DNA of 64,000 nucleotides from Octopus vulgaris. Taxonomy: Eukaryota. Of the stretch, positions 39,140-52,320 are shown in pieces. How positions within the stretch are numbered: the stretch's first letter is position 1; each line of letters begins with the position of its first letter. The stretch lies in NCBI GenBank assembly GCA_951406725.2, contig OX597823.1:16492001-16556000 (forward strand), given 5' to 3'. A model generated the notes under the pieces. It saw only the letters and a program-made list of their open reading frames with translations, did not search any database and had not been told where the DNA came from. The translations under genes and the position numbers were made by a program.

Positions 39140-39171
<32 letters not shown>

Positions 39172-39172
39172 A
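38892..39172 (+). mobile_element. SINE/RTE-tail family D
   Basis: Near-identical to the 3' part of the 15960 copy. Confidence 0.85.
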
Positions 39173-39624
39173 GGATAATGTTGTCAGAAATAAACAATGT
39201 TTGTAAAAACAGTAAATAGCTAGCCCAGCTGTCAACTCTTTAAGGGCTGACCTGGATTTAAACAACAAAAACTTTATAATAAAGATTAAGAAAACACCCT
39301 AACAACATCTTATTCTCATCACTTTCTTCATATCTGTCCTTTAAAGCATTGTTTTCTTTTGTGGCTACTGTTTAGCCCCAGGCAATCTCTGATCCAACAG
39401 AGCTATGGATGCAAGGTATCCAAGACATGTTGTATGTTGTTTTTATGGGAGTACCTTATCTAATGTACCCATGTATCTTTCTCTGTTGTTTCACTCAAAA
39501 GCAGCTCTGATCCCGCATTCCTGCCATAAAAGTCATTCAAGCAGTGACTATAACCCATTTTTTCTTTAATCAGACCTAATATATCTAGGACTATAATATT
39601 CCATGTATCCTCTTTTGAATAAGC

Positions 39625-39802
39625 ATAGGAATGGCTGCATGGTAAATAGCATGCTTACCAACCACATGGTTCCAGGTTCAGTCCCACTGCGTGGCACCTT
39701 GGGCAAGTGTCTTCTACTATAGCCTCGGGCCGACCAAAGCCTTGTGAGTGGATTTGGTAGACGGAAACTGAAAGAAGCCTGTCATATATATGTATGTGTG
39801 TG

Positions 39803-39862
<60 letters not shown>

Positions 39863-40068
39863 TGTGTCTGTGTTTGTCCTCCCATCATTTGACAACCGAT
39901 GCTGGTGTGGTTATGTCCCTGCAACTTAGCAGTTCGGCAAAATAGACTGGTAGAATAAGTACTTGGCTTAGCAAAGAATAAGTCCTAGGGTCGATTTGCT
40001 CGACTAAAGGCGGTGCTCCAGCATGGCCACAGTCAAATGACTGAAACAAGTAAAAGAGAGTAAAAGGG
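39625..40068 (+). mobile_element. SINE family A
   Basis: Match to consensus. Confidence 0.85.
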
Positions 40069-40825
40069 AGAGATGTAATCTGAAGGGAATTTACTTGCAA
40101 TATTTAGCATGGTGGGCGACTATATCAACATGCAATCATTTAGCTATTGTTCATAGCAATAATGATAACATTTATATTATCAATAATTTAATTGTTGATG
40201 TTGTTGTCGTTGTTGTTTAGACTAGAGCTGAATGAGCAAACTTATGATCAAAGACTTTCCAGTTATGACCATCCCATATTTTATATATACAGTAACTAGA
40301 CAGTCCAGTGAATCCTTTTAAGGACAGTAAGAGGAGATCTGTCTGGTATTTTTAGGAGGCTGAGCGATCTTGTGGAGGATTCCTTGTAGATGGTGGTATT
40401 TTGCACAGTAGTGATGATATAGTTGTTAATGTTGTTGTTGTAGTAGGCATGGTGATGGCATTTGTGTCAGTAGTGTCCCTGTAATAATGCTTTGAGTTGT
40501 GATAATGTTATTTGTGTCAGCAGTGCAACATCAGTGGTTGTCGTGATAGTAACTGTGTCAGTCATAATATTATTGTTGCTAATATTATTGCTGTATGAAG
40601 ACTGCAAGCCGGCAGAATCATTAGCATGCTGGCAAAATGCTTAGTGGCATTTCGTCTGTCTGCACATTCTGGGTTCAAATTCCGCCAAGGTCAACTTTGC
40701 CTTTCATCCTTTCAGAGATCAATAAATTAAGTATCAGTTGAACACTGGGGTAGATGGAATCAACAAGCACCCTCTCCCAAAATTCCTGGCCTTTCACCAA
40801 AATTTGAAACCAACATTATTGTTGT

Positions 40826-41700
40826 ATGAGGTGGTATCAAAAAGTTCCCAGACTAGTTATGTTTAATAAGATATAGCTTATTTAACTCAGTTTTAACATA
40901 ATCCCCTTCAAAATAGTCACCTTACACAACAATACACCAGTCCCAGTGTTCTTGGAATCCAGCTTGGAAATCGTTTTCTGCAAGCAAATGAAGGACCTTC
41001 TGTGTTTTACTCTTGATCTCAACAACAGTGTTAAAACAGTGACCTTTGAGTGTGGAGAGCTTGGTGACAGGGTGCATTGTCATCATGAAGAATCCAATTC
41101 TTTGCCCTCCACAGATCTGACTGCTTTTGCCAAAAGTTCTCCCTCAAATGCTTCAAAACATCACAGTAGAACTCTTGATTGATGGTCTGGCTCTGGGGAC
41201 GAATTCTCGATATCACAGTAGAATTCTTGATTGATGGTCTGGTCCTGGGGGACAAATTTTCGATGCACAATACAGTGGCTGTTGAAAAACACAATGAACA
41301 TGCTCTTGACTATGCTGTGGCCTTCTTCAGTTGGGGAGATGAAGAGCTCTTCCTGTGTGACTACAGCTGCTTCATCTCAGAGTCATACACGTAGACCCAA
41401 CTCTTGTCACTGGTGATGATCCTTGAAGCCAGTGGCACATTGACGGAGATTTTGACAGACTTCGATGCAATGTTCTTTCTGCTCAGTAGTCAACAGGCAG
41501 AAGACAAACTTGGCAGAGACATGCCACATGTTCAGTTCAGACATTAGGGTTGCTTGCACAGACCCATATGACAGACCGACAACATCAGCAATGCCATTGA
41601 TTGCCCTCAGTCAATCCTCTTACACAAGCTGATGAATTTTCTCCACATTTCTGGGGGTAACGCTCATGGTAGGTCTTCCAGATCACTCATCATTATCCAA
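40826..41700 (-). pseudogene. decayed mariner transposase with 3' TIR
   Basis: QTINQEFYCDVLKHLRE...WILHDDNAPCH. TIR-like TATGAGGTGGTATCAAAAAGTTCCC at ~40826. Internal ~51-bp tandem duplication at ~41160-41265. Confidence 0.8.
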
Positions 41701-41944
41701 ACTACTCCAGCTCTCTTTTAAGATTGTAGGGTGTTATACGAAGAATATTTGGCTACTATTTCTAGTAGGTCAGACACCTATACAGTGGTTCCTTGTTGTT
41801 CATATGCTGTGTGATTGCTTCTAATGAACGTGAGCAGTGGGCAATAGTTTGACTGAGTACATTCCACTTATAGAGAATAGTTAATGTGAAAAGATAAGAG
41901 GCAATATTTCTGAAGCATGGTTCATGAGTTTTAGCAGAAAGAAT

Positions 41945-41984
<40 letters not shown>

Positions 41985-42013
41985 CAGACAGACAGACAGA
42001 CAGACAGAGACAC

Positions 42014-42044
<31 letters not shown>

Positions 42045-42926
42045 CAGACAGACAGACAGACAGAGACAGAGAGAGACAAACAACAAACAATGAAAGAAAG
42101 TAAGGAAACAAAGCAAAAAAAAGAGAAAAGGGTATAAAAAGGGACTAAAATAAAAGAATGGAAAACAATAAAATAATAGACACAGAAAGCATGAGAGAGA
42201 GAGAGAGAGAGAGACTGGTTGAAATCGAGAGACAAATACAAAAGTAAAGAGAGAAAGAGGATAGTGAGAGTAAGAAAGAAAGTTAAAGAGAAACAGAGAA
42301 AGAAAGAAATCAAAAGAAATCAAAAGAAATCAATCAAAACAAAAAAACAACTAAAGAAAAAAACTGTTTTTAATGCATGAAACCAATCAAAATAGTGTAA
42401 AACTCTGAAACAATAACAGCACTTATTCCACTTTTTCTCCACCAATAATAGGGTTGTAAGGGTTTGAGTGAGTGAGAAAGAAAGAAAATTTGGCTGACAG
42501 CAGCAGCAGCAGCAACAAGGGAGTACAAAAAGTGGTTGCTCAACTTCTTAAAAATAGTAGCCAAACCTCCCTCAAATCATATACTTTTATGTCTTCTAAG
42601 GCGGCGAGCTGGCAGAAACGTTAGCACACCGGGCGAAATGCGTTGCCGTATTTCGTCTGCCGTTATGTTCTGAGTTCAAATTCCACCGAGGTCGACTTTG
42701 CCTTTCATCCTTTCGGGGTCGATAAATTAAGTACCAGTTACGCACTGGGGTCGATATAATCGACTTAATCCGTTTGTCTGTCCTTGTTTGTCCCCTCTGT
42801 GTTTAGCCCCTTGTGGGTAGTAAAGAAATATATACTTTTATGTCTTAAGAAAAGGGCAAGATGCAGTAAATTATACAGTCCTAGAAATATCAATCCTGCA
42901 AAAAAGTAAATAAATAAATGCAGTAT

Positions 42927-43370
42927 GGTGCAGGAGTGGCTGTGTGTAAGTAGCTTGTTTACCAACCACATGGTTCCGGGTTCTAATCCTACTGCGTCGC
43001 ACCTTGGGCAAGTGTCTTCTGCTATAGCTACAGGCCGACCAAAGCCTTGTGAGTGAATTTGGTAGACGGAAAGTGAAAGAAGCCTGTTGTGTGTATGTGT
43101 GTTTGTGTGTGTGTGTAGTGTGTGTGTGTGTGTGTGTAGTATGTGTGTGTGTTTGTGTTTGTGTGTCTGAATATGTCACCACACCATTACTTGACAACCA
43201 ATGTTGATCTGCTTATGTCCCCCATAACTTAGCGGTTTGGTAAAACAAACCAATAGAATAAGTACTAGGCTTACAATTAATAAGTCCTGAGATCAATTTG
43301 TTCGACTAAAAGTAGTGCTCCAGCATGGCCACAGTCAAATGACTGAAACAAGTAAAAGAAATAAAAGAAA
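42927..43370 (+). mobile_element. SINE family A
   Basis: Match to consensus. Confidence 0.8.
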
Positions 43371-44413
43371 AAGATGGTCACATTTGGAACGTCTTTGATT
43401 ATAGGTCTGTTTCATCAGGGCCACACTTCATCAGAGCTAAACAGCCTCAAGTCACAAGCACCACTGCCACTACCACCACCACCATTATTGCTACCATCTT
43501 GTCTTCTCTAGTATAATAAAAACTAACTAGAAAACAGAATAACCTTGATTAAGGTTGTATAGTAAGTAATGTAAGGATGAAAATTGATCCATGCTAGGAT
43601 TATTTTTTCCATAAGATGTTGCTAGTAGAAACAGGAAAGAAAGGAGAGAGGAAAAGGTGACAGAACGTTTTCTAAGATGTGAGAGGTTCAATTAAGAGTC
43701 GTTATTGTCCTCACTGTCCAGGCTATAGAAATCAATAATATAGATTTCTACTATAGACAAAAAGCCACAAATTTCATGTGAAAAGGAATACTTCATTAAA
43801 CCAAACCCAATACTTAACTATTATTTTAATTCGTTAACTCTCAAAGAATGAGAAATCAAACTTGGCTAAGATTTAACTTCAGATCATTAAGGAATGAATG
43901 ATATAAGGGATTTTTAATTGCATTCTACCAAGGGGAAAATAAAATGTTTCCAAGATGTAAGAGGGCTGAATTTTTTTAAATATATCAATAAGGATTTCTT
44001 AAAGACTCAGTTTATCAACTCCAATAACTGACTGGGACCTTAATTTATAAGCCCCCAAAGGATATCTTAGCAAACTTCAAACTCAAAATGTAGGGAAATA
44101 AAACCAAACACTCCTTAATAATAACATTCTTAATATAAATGAGGAATTTAGCAAGTATGGTTGATAAATTGATCCCTGTATTTAAATGACACTTAATTTT
44201 GGTGGCCCCAGAAAGATGAAAGGTGAAGTCAATCTTACATGGTTTGAACTCAGAACATGTAATTGATGTAGCTTAATACTATACACTAGTTTGCCTGACC
44301 TTACTGATTTTGACCCCAAAGAAGAAAACAATTTTTTTCCAAAATTACTAACTTTAATAAGGTCTTCCTATCATCACACCAGACTAAATTTTTTTAAAAT
44401 TATTAACAATAAT

Positions 44414-44579
44414 AGGTGCAGGAGTGGCTGTGTGGTAAGTAGCTTGTTTACCAACCACATGGTTCCGGGTTCAGTCCCACTGCGTGGCACCTTGGGCAAG
44501 TGTCTTCTACTATAGCCATGGGCCGACCAAAGCCTTGCGATTGGATTTGGTAGACGGAAACTGAAAGAAGCCCGTCGTA

Positions 44580-44623
<44 letters not shown>

Positions 44624-44848
44624 CATGTGTTTGTGTGTCTGTGTTTGTCCCCCTAGCATTGCTTGACAACCGATGCTGGTGTGTTTATGTCCCCGTTACT
44701 TAGCGGTTCGGCAAAAGAGACCGATAGAATAAGTACTGGGCTTACAAAAGAATAAGTCCCGGGGTCGAGTTGCTCGATTAAAGGCGGTGCTCCAGCATGG
44801 CTGCAGTCAAATGACTGAAACAAGTAAAAGGGTAAAAGGGTAAAAAGG
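44414..44848 (+). mobile_element. SINE family A
   Basis: Near-identical to the 17104 copy. Confidence 0.88.
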
Positions 44849-46019
44849 GCAATAATGATTATTAACAAAAACATAAGGATAGAAAAAATTTGGGAGAGAT
44901 TCTAGCTGAAATACTGATGCACACATTTTTATCTTTTAAACTGAAAGGGGTTTAACAACTAAAAGATTTAGATTTCAACTAAGTTGGGTCTTATCAACTT
45001 CAGTGCAACTACAAATATGTTTGTTTATTTTTAATGGCATAGACTAGAGAAAGGAGCTGTATTCAACCTTCATACTCTGTGACTGGAGAGAGATTGACAA
45101 CTGATATACTTCAACAGCTGACAGTTGGAGGGGAAAAAAAAAGAGAAGGAACCTCAGTGGATTGAAATTCTGGAAAGGAAGGACTACTCAGTCCTTAGTA
45201 TGGAGCCTGGAGGAAATGGGGTGAACAAAATATGGGTGATAAGGGAAGGTGAAGCAAATGTGTTAGGTAGGCCTGAGTAGAAATGACATGAAATCAGATA
45301 GATTCAAAGAACAGAGGACTCTGCTGCAGAAGAGATTGTGCAAAGAGATAGCATGCCTGTGAACCAGAGTTTGGAGTGTGTTGGTGAATGATTTCCAAAC
45401 TTTTTGGGGGAGGGAATGCATTAAAGGATTTTAGTATGAGTAATTAACAGTACTGTTACAGATGTAGGAGTTGTATTCCACCATGGGTCATTTTTGTATT
45501 GGAAAAGTAAAGGTTATTGCTGACACTTTATTTTGTTGACCTTAGAAAGATGAAAGGCAAAAATCAGTGCCAGCAGGATTTGAACTCAGAACAATTCCGT
45601 GGTAAATTATGTTGACAAGGTGGTTAGGTGAGTTGTTGGTCAGGTTTAGGACATAAATGGATAATTGGTAACATTGTAATTGAGTATTTGCAAACAACTT
45701 GCAAATACAATTGCTACCAGCTGAAAGTTTCACATACCAGACACTAGCAGGCTTAAAGAGATGTAAAAGAAAAAAAACAATGCCATCAGGATTTGAACTT
45801 CCACCCAAATGAGACTCAATTACATTCTACAATGAATTAAACCCAGTATTTATAATTGATACATTAGATCAATCATGATTTATGTGCATTTCACTTGGAT
45901 TCTATAAGCCACAATAAAATACAATGAACACAGAACAATACATTTTACATTAACTACCTAAGCACAAAACACCCATTAACTACCTATACACAAAACAAAC
46001 AAAAAAAAATACTAAAAAT

Positions 46020-46460
46020 AGGCACAGGAGTGGCTAAAGTAGCTTGGGTGCCCCTCCCATTTTTATTCATCTTTATTGTTATCATCCTCATCACATGAAT
46101 GTCCTTGTCCAGCCCGAAGCTACTCTGTGTACTGCCCTTGTGGCAAACTATGTGAATAAAAGTAGCTTGCTTACCAGCCACATGGTTCTGGGTTCAGTCC
46201 CACTGCGTGGCACCTTTGGGCAAGTGTCTTCTACTATAGCCTCAGGCCGCCCAAAGCCTTGTGTGTGGATTTGGTAGACGGAAACTGAAAGAAGCCTGTC
46301 GTATATATGTATATGTTTATAAATATATATGTGTGTGTCTGTGTTTGTCTCCCCAACATTACTTGACAACCGATGCTGGTGTGTTTACGTCCCCGTAACT
46401 TAGCAGTTCGGCAAAAAGAGAACAATAGAATAAGTACTAGGCTTACAAAGAATATGTCCT
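46020..46460 (+). mobile_element. SINE family A interrupted by a 112-bp insert
   Basis: Head at 46020-46046; the body resumes at 46159. Confidence 0.8.
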
Positions 46461-46904
46461 GGCTTAGTGGTTAGGGTGTCAGCACCATGATCGTAAGATT
46501 GTGGTTTCAATTCACCTGGACATATAAAGAGCGTTGTTGTTAACAATCTTCAATGCCCACAGTTTCTGTCACTACCTGAAAAACCACCTCCAAACACCCA
46601 GACATATGTGCAATACCTCAGAACACTACTACCCCAGTTTTCCAAAAACCCTATCTTTCCCACTAAGTTCAGATGAAAAAAAGTTACACACACACAGAAA
46701 TAGCTGCAACTTCAATAGTTTTACTGACCACCCTTACCCGCAAGACAGGATGCTAGGCTGAACACCACCAACACTAAGTGCAAAAGAATAGTAACTCCCA
46801 TACTTTTGACCAAGCCTGCCTTGCCTTTTACTGCTGTAGTGACTATTAGAATTTTATGAGTATATATAAATAGACTTTTTAGAGGAGAGTATGCAGTATG
46901 TCTG

Positions 46905-47150
46905 CGGAGGCGCATAGCTTAGTGGTTAGGGTGTCAGCACCATGATCGTAAGATTGTGGTTTCAATTCCTGGACCAGGCGTTGCGTTGTGTTCTTGAGCA
47001 AAACACTTCATTTCACGTTGTTCCAGTCCACTCAGCTGGCAAAAATGAGTAATGCTGCAATGGACTGGTGTCCCGTCCAGCTGGAGAGCACATGCAGCAA
47101 AGAAACCGGGAAACTGGGTCCATGAGCCTGGCTAGGCTTTAAAAGGGCAC
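46905..47150 (+). mobile_element. tRNA-derived SINE (same type as 24513)
   Basis: GGAGGCGCATAGCTTAGTGGTTAGGG...CTTGAGCAAAACACTT...GGACTGGTGTCCCGTCCAG. Confidence 0.75.
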
Positions 47151-47414
47151 ATTTATTATTTTTTTTTATGTGGTATGTCTAGACTGTCATACTGGACTCC
47201 AGTCAATTCATCACTGTATGAACTCAGCTAGGTGTAGTTATGTTATAACTGGGAAAATGGATCTGTGAGTAAAATCTCACATTCAGCTAGGTACCTATGT
47301 GCCATAGAGCTACATGATCAGGGTTTGTCTAGGGCTACACTACAATAGTCATCCCCTGACTAACTTATGGCACAAAATCATTTGCAGATAATGAATATAA
47401 GTCAACTGATTTGA

Positions 47415-47644
47415 ATATCCTTTCGTTACTGTATTTATTTTGAGATGCTCTGTGTTTCTTTCAATTACATTAAATATAACAAAGAATTTAGTAAAATAAC
47501 TTCATTATCATTCAGCTAGTGTTAGGAACATATATTGTGACTAAGGTTTGGTGGTGGAAGATTTTAATTCAAAACTTATGAAAACAAGACATTTGTATTC
47601 AGAGCCAGAACTGATTTCAGCCGGGTTGGTAACAAAAGGGTTAA
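47415..47644 (-). mobile_element. piggyBac-type (TTAA) MITE family 1
   Basis: CCTTTCGTTAC ... GTAACAAAAGGG-TTAA; reverse complement of the 53757 copy. Another copy at ~55775-56003. Confidence 0.75.
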
Positions 47645-48641
47645 GTTAATGGCTCTAGAAAGCTGTAAAGTAAATAGAATATGAAGAACAAGAACAATAA
47701 TAATAATGAATACTTTTCTTTGCTACAGAGGTGTTAGATGAAGGATGAGGTGAGGGCATTACAAAGACAGATTACAATTTATGTTGGGGAGGGGGTTGCA
47801 TTGGATGAGGAGGAAAAGTGGAAGAAGTGGATGAGATGAAATGTATACATGATATACAAAATCTAGAAATATATGAATGATATAGATCTCCTGATACAAT
47901 AGACCCTCCAATTAGGGCCAGTCAAAGAACCTCACAAATCCAAGATCACCATATCCCATCATCACCACTAACAGCAAGTACCATTTCTCATCTATTGTTC
48001 TCTGATCAACAGGCACATGCTTAGAGTAGTTCCATCCTCTCACACACACACATACACATACACACAGCAGGCTTCTGCTTGCCAAATTCCACTCACAAGG
48101 TTTTGTTCAACCTGAAGCTATAGTGTCAGTCACTTCTTACAGGATGTAATGTGATGAGATCAAATCTGGAACTACATGGTTGGAGAAAGAACTTCTAAAC
48201 CAACCATGCAGATACTTTCTTCACTGACCCCCACCCAGCAAAATGACTGAATTAACTAAGGTGAAAGTTAATCTCTGAACCTAAAGAAATGTTATTAAAT
48301 ATTGCTAAGTATTCATCCTCACATTCCATTATTTCTGACAATGCCCCACAACTATAACAATAATGATTACCAGCCAACAAGAGAACTTCAATGTGATTGT
48401 TTTAAGAGCTAAAAATATCAGTCAAATCTATTTCGATTCATATTTTTCTTTCTAGAAAAAGAAAGGAAAAGAAAAAAGAAACACGTTAGATAACGTAGCC
48501 CAAATAGGTAAACTATGCTTGAAATGGGATGCGCATGGATTGAATGTCTTTGGTTCATAGTCCTGTTCAATCAATATTAACCTGAGTTAAGAATTATTAC
48601 ACTGGGGAACAATTTTGAAAATAATTTTTCACTGGCTTTAA

Positions 48642-48862
48642 CCCTTTAGTATTCAGATTATTCTGTCAAATTTAATGCTTATGTAATCAAATTGTTTTGA
48701 ATTAATCATGCAAAAACATTATAGCATTGAAATTTTGAGGATGTGATTACTTATTCTTAGAATGACATTGTAGGATAAGTTTGCAAAGCCAGATCCGGTC
48801 AGTTTGAACATAGAACAGGTAGAATATTTAGGCCGGATATGGCCGGTTTAAATGCTAAAGGG
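48642..48862. mobile_element. piggyBac-type (TTAA) MITE family 2
   Basis: TTAA-CCCTTTAGTATT ... AATGCTAAAGGG-TTAA. Confidence 0.75.
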
Positions 48863-49003
48863 TTAAACTAAAATTGGCATACTTATTTCAAAACTACACT
48901 CAGTTTTCATCTATCACACCAGATTTCTTTCAACAATTTACTCTCTGAATAAACACAATTGTATTGTTTGTCTATAAGTGATAGGACTGTCCATAAGTGA
49001 TAA

Positions 49004-49417
49004 GACTGGGATGAAGTTAAAATAATAGACACAGGAAAATACGAAAACTAAGAGAAGCAGCACATATGCTAGGACACAACAACCTCCTAAGTAGACTGAG
49101 TGTGGATATGAGCAGCATAAGGGACCCAGTATTAAGGAAGGATAGGAAAATATTAGATTTATAAGCCCTAAAATTCACTCCATAATTGCCTATGGGCATA
49201 TGGCATATTGGTTAAGAGTGTGGGCTACTTACCCCAAGATTCTGATTTCAATTCCAATCAGTGACCTGAACAACAACATTGAAAAATACCTTAGGAATGA
49301 GAACCTAGGTTCGAAATTTCCCCAAGACACCTGATGAAGGCTGGAGGGTATATCAGCTAAAACGTTGTGTTAACAGCAAACAAGATGAGGACAAATATCT
49401 ATCAAATGTAAATAATG
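49004..49417 (+). mobile_element. 5'-truncated Penelope-like element: probable GIY-YIG C-terminus, then tRNA-like segment, then hammerhead motif (family E)
   Basis: DWDEVKIID / (frameshift) HRKIRKLREAAHMLGHNNLLSRLSVDMSSIRDPVLRKDRKILDL* (stop at 49164). Head GGGCATATGG from 49194; CTGATGA at 49331. Confidence 0.75.
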
Positions 49418-49429
49418 AAATAAGTTAGT

Positions 49430-50800
49430 CAAAAGACGATTGCACAGACTTTTACTTTTGTTTAGTGAAAACTTCAGGATATAACAAGAAAAATAAATGT
49501 GAAATTGAGTATTCTAGTCTACCATCAATTATACATTTAGTACCTCATTCAGTTGAAATCCCAGTGCCAATTTTCATTCAACTAACTGCTCTTGAAAATC
49601 TGAATAATGATGAAGAACTCAATGACAGCAATGATGCAGATTTTGAAATTGAAGATGACTCAGTTTGTAAGGGATTCAATCAGCATGAGTTGAATGATAT
49701 GGCATGAGACTTGAGATTATTAAAAATGGTCTCAGAACTCCTAGCATCAAAACTGAATGAGAAAAAAGCTGCTTGAAAAAGGAGCAAAGGTATCCTACTA
49801 TCAATCCAGAATAAGTGCATTTCTGAGACACTTTTGAAGTGATGGTAGGTTTGTATATTGCCATAACATGCAGGTTTTACTAGAAGAATTGGAATTTCCA
49901 ATCTACAACTTAACTGAATGGCAACAGTTCAGGGATAGTTCAAGCAGATCTTAAAGTGTGTCCTTCCTCCTCCACAATAGCAATTCATATAGTACAGTCC
50001 CAAATGGACATTCAATTTATCTTCAGGAAGAATATGGAGACACAGAGTTACTGAGTTGTTGCTGTATGACAAACACAATTGGATTATCTGTGTTGATCTT
50101 TAAATGGAATGTTTCCTTCTTGGTCAGCAACATGGATACACCAATTATCCCTGCTTGAGAGAAACCTTGAGTGAAGAGGAATTGGCTTCCCTGATCTGAT
50201 CTCAAACCTGGTGATCCCAACATTCTACATAAAGAAAATTATATTCCCATCCCTGCACAAGAAATTGGGTCTCATGAAACAATTTGTTAAAGCATTGCCA
50301 AATGAAGGTAACTGTTTCAAGTACCTTGTTTTGGCATTTCTTAGCCTGCCAATTAAAAAAAGTCAGTTCTGGCATGTTTGATGGTTTACAGATTCAGTAA
50401 CTCATCAAAGATGAACATTTCATTGGCACAATGTCAGAACTTGAAAAGAATATTTGGTTATCATTCAAAAACCTTGTCAAGAACTTTGTTGGACATACAC
50501 AAGAAAAGAATTACGTTAAAATTGTCCAGAAACTTATTGGAGAGTTACAGAATGCTCAGCTGCAACATGAACATAAAGTTGCATTTTCTGCACAGCCATC
50601 TTGCTAACTTCCCTGAAAACCTTGGTGAGGTTAGCAATGAGCAAAGTGAATGATTCCACTGAGATTTGAAAGTCATAGAGGAGTGGTATCAAGATAAATG
50701 AGATATAAATATAATGGCTGACTATTGCTGGAGCATGAAGTAAAACTGTCCACAGATTGAACATGCCAGAAAAAACTATAAATGTAAATTTTTACCTTAA
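49430..50800 (+). pseudogene. decayed DNA-transposon transposase (widespread invertebrate family; superfamily uncertain)
   Basis: IFPSLHKKLGLMKQFVKAL and MNIKLHFLHSHLANFPENLGEVSNEQSE*FH*D...ADYCW motifs, with many stops. Confidence 0.7.
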
Positions 50801-51237
50801 CAACTTGCACATCATTTGACTTACAGTGACAATGTCCTTTGTATGAATAAAATAAATTTGTACAAATATTAGTCAAGCAATGTTTTACTATAGTCCATTG
50901 TATGTAAATTTTTAAAATATTCTGTAAAATGAGCACGTTTTTTGAGACAAAGCAAAGGTATCCCATAGCTCAACAAGTTGATGAGATACAGAAAAACTGG
51001 GGTCAATTTTTTATTCTGGGGCTAAAAATTAGTCAAAAACAAGTGTCCAATCTAACTCAATGAAAACTGTATTCCCCAGTGTTATTTTTAAGATAAACAC
51101 AACATCACAAATTTTAGGAAGAGCATAGTTGATAAAATTGACACCAGAACAACTTGTACTTATTTTACAGACCCTAGAAGAATGAAAATCTTCTCTTCTA
51201 TTGAGGCTTGAAATCAAAATATAAAAGACACAAACTG

Positions 51238-51640
51238 GGCGCAGGAGTGGCTGTGTGGTAAGTAGCTTGTTTACCAACCACATGGTTCCGGGTTCAATCC
51301 CACTGCGTGGCATCTTGGGCAAGTGTCTTCTACTATAGCCTCGGGCCGACCAAAGCCTTGTGAGTGGATTTGGTAGACGGAAACTGACAGAAGCCCGTCA
51401 TATATATATATATATGCATGTGTGTGTTTGTGTGTCTGTGTTTGTCCCCGTAGCATTGCTTGACAACCGATGCTGGTGTGTTTATGTCCCCGTTACTTAG
51501 CGGTTCGGCAAAAGAGAACGATAGAATAAGTACTGGGCTTACAAAAGAATAAGTCCCGGGATCGAGTTGCTCGATTAAAGGCGGTGCTCCAGCATGGCCG
51601 CAGTCAAACGACTGAAACAAGTAAAAGAGTAAAGAGTAAA
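51238..51640 (+). mobile_element. SINE family A
   Basis: Near-identical to the 17104 copy. Confidence 0.88.
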
Positions 51641-52074
51641 CTGAATTATTTTGGAAGAAAGCAGAAGTGAGATATTACAATGTTGAATTACACTGTCTAT
51701 AATTGCAGGTTTTGTGAAGTGAAAAACCACATCAACCTGGAATTGAAACTCAGATCTCAGCCTCGACACACTTATGTGTGTATATTTTGTTTCATAAAGC
51801 TCTTCATAAAACTCATAAATACTGGGAGCAAATACGAAGTCAAGGCTTTCATGTTGTCCTCTACATCCATTAACAGCATCAATTCATATTTGTTTTCCAC
51901 TATGTTAACAAATAGAGTGACACTCCATAAAACCAGCCCTTAATGCAACATGAAATACTTGATGGAGACGATGTTGAGTCATCATCTAATTAAGCTAATG
52001 ATGGCTCGAGGGGAAATACATTTGCTGGTGGATGTGATAATTACAAAAAACCATTAGCAACACTTTTATTATCA

Positions 52075-52075
52075 T

Positions 52076-52120
<45 letters not shown>

Positions 52121-52127
52121 AACAATA

Positions 52128-52183
<56 letters not shown>

Positions 52184-52320
52184 AACAACAACAACAACAA
52201 CTACTACTACTACTACTACAACAACTACTACTACAACAACAACAACAACAACTACTACTACTACTACTACTACTACCACTCCTACTGCTACTGGTGGAGG
52301 TGGTGGTGGTGGTGGTGGTG
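52075..52320. repeat. (ACT/ACA)n followed by (GGT)n compound microsatellite
   Basis: Source of the poly-V pseudo-ORF. Confidence 0.95.
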
